Origin: Utricularia gibba
Taxonomy: Eukaryota > Plantae > Magnoliophyta
Direction: 5' to 3'
Assembly: GCA_002189035.1 (NCBI GenBank)
Contig: NEEC01000004.1
Location: 1,054,001-1,118,000, forward strand
Length of the DNA stretch: 64,000 bases
Positions 39,399 through 50,597 of the stretch are shown in pieces. Every line of letters starts with the position of its first letter. Position 1 is the first letter of the stretch. The position numbers were made by a program, and so were the translations under genes. The notes beneath the pieces are model-generated. The model had not been told where the DNA came from. It searched no databases and saw nothing but the letters and a program-made list of their open reading frames with translations.

Positions 39399-39959
39399 AT
39401 GAGCGCCAGGCCAGGGGATTGGAACTGCAGGTCATGCCACCATCTCAACTTCCAGCGCCGTGACTCATGCCAGCGTTGCGGGGACCCTCGCCCCGGAGAC
39501 GGGTTCGGCTCGAGAGGCAGCGCGGCGTTCGGCCTCACCGGTCCGGACGTCAGGCCCGGCGACTGGTATTGCGCCGTTGGGAACTGCGGCGCACACAACT
39601 TCGCCAGCCGCTCCAGCTGCTTCAAATGTGGAGCTCTCAAGGAGGAACCCGGACTCGGGTTCGACGCCCGTGTCCGGAGCCTCGTCTTCAGCGCCGGGGG
39701 CGGTGGCGGTGGCGGAAGCCGCTCCGGGTGGAAGTCCGGGGACTGGATTTGCACGAGGTGAACCCTTTTCATTACCAATGCTTAAAATCGATTCTCGTTC
39801 TCGAATGATACAAGTAGAAGGGATGAAACACACAACTCACTTCCTCACTCCACATGAATTGAGTGCAGATTGGGCTGCAACGAGCACAACTTTGCGAGCA
39901 GGATGGAGTGCTTCCGGTGCAATGCACCCAGGGAGTCATGCAGCAAACCCACGTTCTGA
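39399..39959 (+). CDS. Small protein with three RanBP2-type zinc fingers; 2 exons
   Basis: GDWNCRSCHHLNFQRRDSCQRC, GDWYCAVGNCGAHNFASRSSCFKC, GDWICTR|LGCNEHNFASRMECFRC. TATA (TATATAA) at about 39351. Confidence 0.93.
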
Positions 39960-41145
39960 TGACTTCAACATCCTCCATTTTTGGAAGAAAAGAAGAAGAA
40001 GAAGAAGCAGCAAGAGTCTGACTGCAACGCATGTTCGAGACCACCAGTTTTTTGTCCTTTTTTTAATAAAAATAAATTCCGGGTAGTTAGAGTAGCTCAA
40101 GAATCTGGTGTTGACGACACTACGACAGTGAACTTCTTCAAGTTTGTCTTGTTGCCTTCTCAAGTATGGATAATATTAGCTAAAACAAAAAATAAAAATT
40201 ATACTATTTAATTTCTATACGTCACAATATTATATTTATATACTCATATTAAACTCTATATTAGCTTAATCTGTCTTATCCTATATTATTTTATTTAATT
40301 TCATAAAAAAATGATGCTATTTTGAATAATTTAGAAAACACAAACCGACCCGGCTATAAACCGAATTCAAATTGTACGGTAGTACAGCCAAGTCATAAAG
40401 TGGGCCACAGCAAGATGGGCCTCTTTCATAAGGGGTTGTTTTGCAGGCCCATCTTAAATGGGGCCGTGGCCGCCTACTTTTATTAGGTTTTATTTCTTTT
40501 ATGTTTTTTTTAGATATCTATAGAAAATAATTGTTTTTTTTTCCATAGGTTGACTGCTGATGTGATCGGACAGCAATGTCAACCACAGAAGCCCTACGGG
40601 AAGGAATCTCTTGATCGCAAGTTCCGTACCTTTGACTTAGTCAGATACTCTGAATTGCAGGAGAATGGTTCGAAGAAGCTTCCAGAAGATTTGCAAAGAC
40701 AGAAGAAGACCCATTGAAACCAGGCAGAGAGGTGAAGCTGGGCAGGCAAAAAGCGATAACCATCCGATATTCGGGAGCCGGTGGCAAACTTTTCCAAAGG
40801 TTTCGGTTTTTGAACAGTCACTGCACATCACCATCAATCGAACCGAACCGCCGAGCCGAACCATCGTCACGGCGGTGCGCAGCTGAACAAACATCATGTG
40901 TTTGGGCTAACTGATTTTCCATATGCATCAGAAGGAGTTTGATGGTCTTTAAAGGTAGCTCTAACTGCATGGTCTGGTTCCCCCGCCCAGCCCCGTTTTC
41001 GCTGTCATCATTTACTTCCCGACCCATCCCTCTGCCGTCCCCCCAACTACCTCCTTAACTCTGCGATAAATACGCGCTTTCCTCTGTTCTCCTGTGTTCA
41101 CATTCGCCAGCTCAAGGCCGGATCCCTATTCTGATTCTCCCCACG

Positions 41146-43025
41146 ATGGCGATTGCCGAGGAGCACGACCATCTCTCGACTGAAATTCTCAACCGGGGGA
41201 TCGAGTCGTCGGGTCCCGACGCCGGATCCATGACTTTTTCAGTCAGGGTTCGCCGGAGGTTGCCCGACTTTCTCAACTCCGTGAAACTCAAGTATGTGAA
41301 GCTGGGGTACCATTATTTGATGAATCATGCGGTGTACCTTGCTACGGTGCCGATTTTGGTGCTGGTTTTTGGAGCTGAAGTCGGGAGTTTGAGTAAGGAG
41401 GCGCTATGGCAAAGGATCTGGGACAGCGCTGCGGGTTACGATCTGGCTACGGTTGTTGGGTTTCTTGCTCTTCTTGTCGTCACCCTCTCTGTCTACTTCT
41501 TGTCTCGCCCGCGCCTATTTATCTTCTTGACTTCGCTTGCTACAAACCCACCGATGATTTGAAGGTCAGTCTCCGTTCCTTCTTGATCAGAGCATAGGAC
41601 AACACCTGGAGTTTCGAACAAACGCAGTACAGATTCAATTTTTATAGAACCCATTAGATTTGATTAGGTGGAATAGAATTTGGATAATGAAAAAGAAAAG
41701 AAAGATTTCTTTTTTTGGATGGGAAGGGAAAAGATTTGACTTTGATCATGCATGCAGGTGAGCAAGGAAGAATTCATCGAATTAGCGAGGAAATCCGGTA
41801 AATTCGATGAAGAGAGTGTGGAGTTTCAGAGAAGGATACTCCAGAGCTCCGGCATCGGCGACGAGACCTACGTTCCCAAATTAATTGGGTCGCCGGAAAA
41901 CACCGCAACGATGAAAGAAGGACGCGCGGAGGCTTCAACCGTCATCTTCGGTGCCTTGGATGAGCTGTTCGAGAAAACCCACATCCGCCCTAAAGACGTC
42001 GGCGTTCTCGTCGTCAACTGCAGCATATTCAATCCGACCCCGTCGTTGTCAGCGATGGTGATCAACAAGTATAAGATGAGGGGAAACATTTTGAGCTTCA
42101 ATTTGGGTGGGATGGGTTGCAGCGCCGGAATAATTGCGCTCGATTTGGCGAGAGATATGTTGCAGGCGAATCCCAGTAACTACGCCGTGGTAGTGAGTAC
42201 GGAGATGGTGGGCTACAATTGGTATCCTGGAAAGGATAAGTCGATGCTCATTCCGAATTGTTACTTCCGAATGGGCTGCTCCGCCGTGTTGCTGTCGAAT
42301 CGCCGCCGCGATTTCCATCGCGCAAAATACAAGCTCGAACACATCGTACGAACCCACAAGGGCGCCGACGATCGCAGTTTCAGGTACCCATTTCCATCTG
42401 TTTGCAATACCTGGGCGTGACAGTTCTTGATCCTCGAGTTATGAATCAACTGACGGATCCTAATTGGTGTAACAGAAGCATCTATCAAGAAGAAGATGCA
42501 GAAAGATTCAAGGGACTGAAGATCAGCAGAGACATAATCGAGGTTGCAGGGGACGCCATTAAAACGAACATCACCACACTTGGCCCCCTTGTTCTCCCTT
42601 TATCAGAGCAGCTACTCTTCTTCTCCACCCTCGCGTGGAAGCTCCTTTCCGGCAAGAAATCACAGCCGACCAAGCCGTACATCCCTGACTATAAGCTCGC
42701 CTTCGAGCACTTCTGTATGCATGCTGCAAGCAAAACAGCTCTAAATGAACTCCAGAAGAACTTGAAACTGAGCGATGAAAACCTGGAGGCTTCGCGTGCC
42801 ACACTTCACAGATTTGGGAACACATCCAGCAGCAGTACCTGGTACGAGCTCGCGTACCTGGAAGCTAAGGAGCGCGTCAAGCGCGGCGACCGTGTCTGGC
42901 AACTGGCTTTTGGTTCTGGCTTCAAGTGCAACAGTGTCACCTGGAAGGCGGTTAGACGCATCCGGCGACCAGAGAGGAACCCGTGGCTTGATTCAATCGA
43001 TAGGTATCCTCAGGGACATTTTTAG
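41146..43025 (+). CDS. KCS10: 3-ketoacyl-CoA synthase 10 / FIDDLEHEAD; 3 exons; one apparent 1-bp deletion
   Basis: [34 protein letters not shown] (FDH-specific N-terminus), catalytic [31 protein letters not shown]. +1 C at 41514-41515 restores SRPRPIYLLDF. Confidence 0.95.
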
Positions 43026-43142
43026 ATGGGAGTGCACCAAGACGACTCTGTGCCATTGTATCCTTTTCAGTTTTTTTATTGTAACCAAAACATCTGAGGA
43101 TGTAGTCTGTGGAAACAACTGGTGAGCTCTCATCTCATCAAA

Positions 43143-43579
43143 CTATTCATGAATCATTTCTGTATCCTTGGCATACTTGACAAACAGAGGAAGCTGATAT
43201 CCGGGAAATCTAACCATATTTACAGAGGATCAACCGGCATCTACCCACCTGATCTTACATGAAGGATTGGATCTAAAGCCAGAGTACAAACACGCTCCCA
43301 GAGTCTCAAAATCTTCGAGTATGTACTGTTTTTAGCAGAGCCAGGATACGAATCTTTGTTACCTGATATCCACGCCTTAGGAAACCCACGAATCTCTTTA
43401 CAAGCAAGGTTTGATCTTTCTGATGCAGGAAGACGATTCATTGGGATAGTCCGGATAGGTAGATAGCACAGTGCTGTATTGCGCTACAATGAGAGTAACC
43501 TTTGGCTAGGACTGCGCTCAGCTGCACTTTCTAGTGCTTGATACAGTTGCAATCCTAGTTGACTTCCAAAACTCTGCAT
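43143..43579 (-). CDS. Putative unannotated small spliced ORF (59 aa, or 33 aa with the first acceptor) converging on KCS10
   Basis: GT-AG introns at 43499-43416, 43362-43273 and 43258-43176, plus a 5' UTR intron at 43681-43611. Joined ORF: MQSFGSQLGLQLYQALESAAERSPSQRSNLACKEIRGFPKAWISDPILHYAKDTEMIHE*. No homolog recognised. Confidence 0.4.
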
Positions 43580-44574
43580 CTACTCTTTGAATAACCAGAG
43601 TCCCTGAATTCTGTGAGAAAATGGATGGGAAAGAGAGAAAATCGGATGAACACTTCTCAGAATTTGTTGTTTAGCAGAAACCAGTGATCGCAGAGACGTG
43701 CAGCGAGAGTGGATGTTTTATTGATTAGAAAAGGAGTACATAATCCATACAAAAACACAGCTTAAATAGACAAAGGCTTAACAGACTGACCGAAAGCAGC
43801 TTCCGTGAAAGCAGGAAAAGTGGAGATTGATTCTCTGGTTCGTTGGCTTAACGAGCACGTGTGTTGATAAATTCGGATCATCTCTTTCCGCTACTAATTG
43901 GCAGTGTTGGGTGGGCTAATAAACACGAACGAATTCATGCAAGAAGTTCTTTTTAAGCAAAAAATTGTATCTTCCGAGAAACCCTTGAAGAAGAAAGGAA
44001 ATCACATTGATATTCACCACTGGAAAGAACACCTGGAAATCAGTAGGGATTGATTGGAAAGCCATGCTATGCATTCGCCATCCTCTAAGTATAAAGAATG
44101 AACTTTTGAATTCTAAATACGAAGAAAGAACAATACAACAATGGTGTCAGATCTGGGAAAGGCTAAAATTTTCAACTTGTGTTGATTTTAGCAGAAACTG
44201 ATAAGCGGGAGTACATTTTATACAGCACAAGCCAACCGGGGAAGTGGGATATGAGCACCGACGGTTCATCGCCACTTTTTCTATGCAATCTTACCTTAAC
44301 AGAGAAAACCTACTTCACTTCTCTTGATTAAGTTTAGTTTTTGTACGTCAATGCCATCGTTCCATCATGAGATGACCACCCTTTTGGTTTTGAAGTGGTC
44401 CCATTTCCGCGATCTTATCTGTTTGAATTCAATTTCGATATAGATACAAGTCCGAGATTAAGGTTAGTCACAGGGCACAACTTGCCTGAAAAAAGCAAGA
44501 AGCCAATTTCGATTTGTGCAGTGTTTCCAGTATATATTGAGTATGCAGATGAACAAGATGATGCATCCGTAAGC

Positions 44575-45711
44575 ATGGAAAAGGAGGCCAGAGGCTGTGA
44601 GTTGGATATGAGCAAACCCCTTGGCTTTCAAGTGAGACATATTTTTTATACACAACACACATCTTTCCCCTTCTCATTTCTTGAGCTTGAATAGGTTGGC
44701 CATCTTGGTGAAGCATATCATGAATGGGTTCACCAGCCTGTTCTCACACAAGGAAGCCCCAGATATTTCGAAAGCGAGTTTTGTGAGGTTCGATTAGATC
44801 CCTATGTTACTCGTCTCTTTGATTTCATTCTCTTGATCTACTAGAGCTTACAAAACGCAGATGCTGACAAAGACCCCATGGTGGACTGTGCCTCTAGTCT
44901 GGCTCCCCGTTGTTGGATGGTGCCTCCTGAGATCCATTTCATTGGGATGCGCAGCTTCCTTGGCCTTGTCATGTGCAACTCTTGGAGTTTTCATCTGGAC
45001 ATTGATTGAGTATATTCTTCATCGCTTCGTCTTCCACATCAAGACCAGCAGCTACTGGTACGGATTTTACTCGTTTGTAAGAATCCTCCCTTCTTTCTGG
45101 AGCTGAGCAACACTTTTCAGGGGCAACACGATCCATTTTCTTACTCATGGTTGCCATCACAAGCACCCCATGGATCATCTACGCCTTAATATCTCTCCAT
45201 TGGCAGTTGCTATTCCTGCGTTTCTGGTATCACCATTCCTTTTCGGATCATTTACTTGTCCAAACGAGCTCATCCCATACATAATTCTTCTATGCAAACT
45301 CGCCTAGCCCATGCGGCTCCTGAACTTCAACAGATTCAACTCCTGAACCACTGATTCCTGGTGCAGATCTGGAATTTGCTGAAGGTGATCCCAACCCCAT
45401 CAGCCAGACCCGCCTTGTTTGGAGGAATCTTGCTTGGTTACATAGCATACGATGTAACTCACTACCATTTGCACCATGGGCCAACAAGCAGCCGCATATG
45501 GGGGAGTCTCAAGGCATGTGAATCCCCAACTCATTTCTCTTTCAAAACACTTACTACAGCAACTGATACTGAATCCTTCCCTTCGCAGAGATATCACATG
45601 AACCATCATTTTCGTATCCAAAACAAAGGCTTCGGCGTCGTTTCAGCCTTCTGGGATAAGGTTTTCGGAACTCTACTTCCATATGAACTCCTCCTTGAGA
45701 AGACCCAGTGA
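44575..45711 (+). CDS. FAH: Sphingolipid fatty acid 2-hydroxylase (FAH1/FAH2-like), divergent; 6 exons
   Basis: [24 protein letters not shown], histidine boxes HRFVFH, HGCHHKHPMD, HYHLHH and HMNHHFRIQNKGFG, then WDKVFGTL. Confidence 0.92.
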
Positions 45712-47557
45712 AGTCAGTCCCATTGGAGGAAGCTCCTGAGTTTCGCAGGGCATGGGTTTGCAATACTTACGACGTCAAGAAAGTGGGTCTTCCAACTGCA
45801 TGCATGGCTGATGCTTGTGAAGCATGGCATCTCCTAGAACTATGCATGGATCGATCACATGTATCTTATGTTGAAATTTACGTCAGATGAATGCAAGAAA
45901 ACCCTAAAATCACAAATATATTTACCAACTAATTCATATTATATTTCGTTGTGATGGAAATAAATTACTCCACAATGAGTTTTTTTTGTTTTTGAGATTG
46001 GATTTTTAAGTAATGAATCAAATAAGTATGTACATGAAATCCAAGTATAATAAATAATATGAATTACATTCGAAAAATTTAAGATGAATTGATTAATATT
46101 GATTTATATAGTTCTTATTTACTTAACCATGTTATTTTAATCTTCCCATATGAAATTATTTGTTTTAATGCTCATCCTTAAATAAAATTGGTCTTATTCT
46201 AGTTCATGTTTTTTTATGATTTTAGATAATATTTGAGTTATATATCAATGTAATTTTTATCATTTAATTTTAATACATCTCAATATTTTTTTAATCAAAA
46301 CTTAAATTAATACTGAACTCATTTTAGTTATCCCATTAAAAATCCGATGAGTCTAATGATATTAGATCCAAATATAGATTACATTCAAAAATAGGAGTTA
46401 CAATCGATTACTAATAAAGAAGTATAATGGAACTTGTTTTCATAAAATAAGATATTCATAGTGAAAAATGGCTACAAAAAATGAGTGATTAAGCTAATAA
46501 TGCTATGAGAAGCTTAAGATATTCATGTTATGGTGTACGTTAGCCCCAAGATGATTTATGCATTTTTTTTCCTTTTTTTATTTTTAATGAATGGATTGGT
46601 TGTAGTATTTTTTAATATTAATTTAAATTTGACCACAAAAAAGGCCTATGGCCCTATACATGTGAAGCTCCTCCTAAATTGATTGGCTAACAGGCGTTAA
46701 TCATACACTTGATTTTGATCGCATACTTGCATTATTAAATATAAAATATTCGGATTTCAGATATTAATTTTTTAAAAAACCAAGGAAATAATGTCCGCTA
46801 AATTTCCTATTATATGAAAATGACGTCAGCATGCCTACTAAAACAAATATCTGGCTCCTATTCATAGAAAGCGAATATTCTTGGAATTATTGTAATTTTT
46901 CTTTTCAGTTGAAAAAAATAATAAAGTATTAGAAGATAAGCCGCACTGCTTTTGTTCGTTTGTCTCTGTTCTTATCCTCGAAATGCATTTAACATATCGC
47001 CACCTGGTCACCATGTCTTGTCCTGAATGACGAGGACGATTCTAATTTGAACACCCCTTTTATTTCCAATTCCAGAAAAATCCAGTTAATATTAAATATT
47101 TTGTTATAAATTAAAATGAGAAATGAGGATGATAGAATTAAAATTAATTATAGGTTTATTCATATTTTTAATCATATATGTGTTGTGATAATTGATTTCA
47201 TGTTATTTATATTTATATTTTTATTTTCATATTCATAGCTATGTATATTTGAATAAATATATTCATATATTTTTAATATATATTTTCAATTACAATCATA
47301 AAATATACATTTATGTAAATTAAATACTTTAAATTAATCATTAATTAAAGTTTGGAAATTTTAGTTTGCATTTTACGAAATAAAAATATATAATTAGAAT
47401 GAGAGTAATTAATACTTACATGAATAGTGGTGCCTGAATAGCGTTATAACATACTATTGAGGCTACTAGCAGGGGAAAATACACCTGTGCATCTCGATCG
47501 GCCCTAAAAGAGAAGCCATGCCATCAAACAGAGGACGCGCGAGTGGATGGAGATATT

Positions 47558-48148
47558 TCAAAGTAAACTCCTGATGATGCCACAGGCGACCCCTGCCAAG
47601 TCCTGCACGTTCTTGTTCACTTCTCTCAGAGTCCCGTCCTCCGCCACCGTGCCGTACCTCCGGTCACAAATCTGGGCTTCCCACGCGGCGTCCTTCATCC
47701 CGAATTCCGCGAATTTGGGTACTCCTCTCGTCAGCGCTGCCACCGCCTCCGGGACGTCGGCCGTCACCACCGCCTCGTACGAGTCCCTGCAGTCTGCAAG
47801 CGCCGCTCTGTGTTCGGGGACGTGGGCTTCGTCTCCTTTATGGCAGAGAGCGCCACCTATTGAGAAAAGAAGGTAGCAGCATTACCCCTGGACGGAATTC
47901 GTGTAGTTAAGTAAGCAGTGTAATTGATAATTCATTACCTCCGCCTTTTCCCGGACGGCCTCGACGACAATCAGGCCGACGTCCTCCACGTTCGCGGCGG
48001 CTGCGCTCCGAGGATCGGCGGCGACGGCGGAGACGCAGAGGTCGTAGTTGGGTGTGCTTCTGCACGCGGACTCGATCAGAGCTTCGTTCCCCGGCTGCGT
48101 GATGCGATGCAATTGGAGAATTGTGAGCAAGATCAGCGGCAACTTCAT
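47558..48148 (-). CDS. Cell wall/vacuolar invertase inhibitor (C/VIF, PMEI fold); 1 intron; one apparent 1-bp deletion
   Basis: Signal peptide, LIESACRSTPNYDLCVSAV, LADCRDSYEAVV, DVPEAVAALTRGVPKFAE, AQIC. Frame is restored by +1 at the G-run 47816-47819. Confidence 0.85.
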
Positions 48149-48912
48149 ATCTACCAGAACACAGGTTTTTGTAGTTCTGTTTCTTTCCTCAGACAAATAG
48201 CAAGCAAGCCACTCCGATAGAAGATATTTATGGGTGGAATATTCAATAAAAATTAAATACTAATAATATATATTATTTATTACTATTTTTTTAAGTTCGA
48301 TTGTGACATCAACGGCTGTATTGCAATCCCTATCCACCGCTATTATTTCACTGAAAAAAAAACATAGCTAGTTGTCTGAACTACTATTATTAGTATTATT
48401 TTAAGTATGCAAAGTATTCAAAATAGTTTCTATTTCTTTAAAAATATTTCAAAAATAATTTTATTATTAAATATAATTAATTTATGTTCAAAAAAATAAA
48501 AGTCCAATCATATTTTTTGGAATAAATTCTTGAAAAATGTTTTCCAATAAACAAAATCAAATATAAAATAACTGTAATTTTCAAGAAGTGAATTTAAAGT
48601 GCAGGGATCAGAACAAACAGATATTTTTGTGGTGGTGGGGTGGGGTGAGGGACAGATTCGTCTTTCCACGCGCCGGCTGCTGCCGCGGTATGGAGGCCAA
48701 TTGTTTTCTATTTCCAGCTGGTATCCAAACCTTAGTTTTTAATTTAATGTATATATAAAAAATATATATTTTATTATCACCCCTGAATATCAAATCATAT
48801 AATTTAGTTCATCCACAACCATGACATTAACATTTTATTTTTTAATCATGTCAAATTAATAATAATAATAATTTACCCTTAAAAATTAGACGGCCAGCGT
48901 CTTTGTTGCTTA

Positions 48913-50597
48913 TTAGGGTGTTTTTGGGTAATTGGTGTCCTTCACGGTGTCTGAGTTCTGATTGGATCGCCGGAGTCTCTGCTCGTTGCACAATAGCTCC
49001 GCGAACCTGTTTTGAAAACATAATAAAAAAATGAAAATGTATTGTTGTTTCGACACGTGTAAGTGATCTGTTGAGTCAGAATTTACCTTTGCAAGGCATG
49101 TTCATTTGTTCCGTTATGAGGTACGGGTTCGTAGTTCCCCGTTAACGGGTTGATTCTGGAGACCGGCTTCTTCAGTAGGTCTTCTCCGATCTTCAGCAGC
49201 CCCTGCAAGTTCTGCTCCGTCGTGACGTCGGCCGACGAGTATTGTTGCGGCAGGGAGTCATCCTGAATGCGAAGATACCTTTCTTCGGAGTGAACGACTT
49301 GGAAGACTGAGCGCAGGAAGTAGTCCACCATGTCTGCACTTGCTTGATTGAAGACGTCCAGGATCGGAATGGAGTTGCCCTGAAGCACCCACCCAAACAC
49401 CCCCAGTGCGCCGCCGTCTCCGCCGTGTATCTGTGCTCGCGCTTCCCTGATCCGGTGCCCAATGAGATCACCAGAAGCCTAGTGTAATCCAACGGCTGGT
49501 ACTCGGAGAAATCCGGGTTTTTCATGAAGATTTCGGTCGTCACTTCGCGGACAGCAACCAATGTCTACAAGAAACGTAGAGAAGTGAACGGAGGCCTCAA
49601 GTATTGCGGGATAGGAGTAGTACGAGACTACAACTATTCGATACTAAGCTTACTGGGTTGTTGGCTGCCACACCGCCATCAACGAGGTTGAAGTCCCGAT
49701 ATGTTCCGGAGTCATCCTCGTTCGTGAAACTGTAGGCCGGAAGAAGCGTCGGCGCGGCGGATGTGCCGATGCATATATCGGCCAACAACGCATCCATGTC
49801 GGGTCGTTCATCGACCTGCAATACAAACATTTCCCCCATCAAACCCACCATCAAGGAGTCCACATCCTCTACATCCTGCACGCCTGTCACCTTAAAAGAA
49901 GAGAAGATGGTCGGAGTCATGTTCTTGATATCGAAAGTCGGAATTACAACGTTCGTCAAGGTCTGATGAAGCCGAGTTTGGCCCAGGTTCTGTTTCAGCA
50001 GGTTGCGTAGATACTTCCCGTTGTACTTTGGGCGTGACAACTGATTCATCGTGCTGAGTAGTGGTCCTAATTTACACCTGCAAGTCACAAACATCCTTCG
50101 AACACGTCCCACATACAAACGTCATCATATCTACTCTACACGACAGTGATCCAACAACGAGTTGACTCGCGGAAGCGATGATGCCGGAAAACAGACTTAC
50201 GGGAGCTGCGGGAAGATCTGAGGACCGTGTTGCACGTAAAATGGAGCGAGATCTTTAGCAGCATACAAGGGACGGCGGTTGGGGCCCGGAGCTGTGAGCA
50301 TGGCAGCTATAAGCCCCCCTGTGCTCGTTCCGGCGATCACATCAAAGTAATCAGCTATACGAGCATCCTCTCCGTCAAGGTCCTGCCCCATGACACCAAG
50401 TTCCATCAAACTCAGGCTTCGTTGCAAACGAATTTGGCCGGAAAGAGTACCTGAAGTCGGGACTCGAGGAAGTCGAGAATCTTTGCCGGTATTATTCCGC
50501 GAATGCCGCCACCGTCGATGCTCAGAATGGTGATCAACCGCCCTTTTGACGGAGGAGGAACGACGTCGCCCTTCAGACACGGCTCCATGTGTTCCAT
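48913..50597 (-). CDS. Patatin-like phospholipase A (pPLA-II / PLP2-like); one apparent 1-bp deletion
   Basis: [14 protein letters not shown], nucleophile [14 protein letters not shown], catalytic [15 protein letters not shown]. +1 at the C-run 49400-49404 restores WGVFGWVL. Confidence 0.94.

Noticed and set aside
43057-43170. Two GTATCCTT U12-like donor motifs in the KCS10 3' region
   Set aside because: No nearby TCCTTAAC branch point with a suitable acceptor, and no coding junction needs them.
44216-44252. USE-like ATCCCACTTCC plus TATA on the minus strand (snRNA, 7SL or telomerase-type promoter)
   Set aside because: The USE has mismatches, the spacing (about 17 nt) is too short, and no snRNA-like sequence follows.
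45900-47450. Long AT-rich spacers (also about 18450-18880, 37560-38290, 60490-60950 and 63300-63640)
   Set aside because: No TIRs, LTRs, tandem arrays or ORFs seen; treated as ordinary intergenic DNA.
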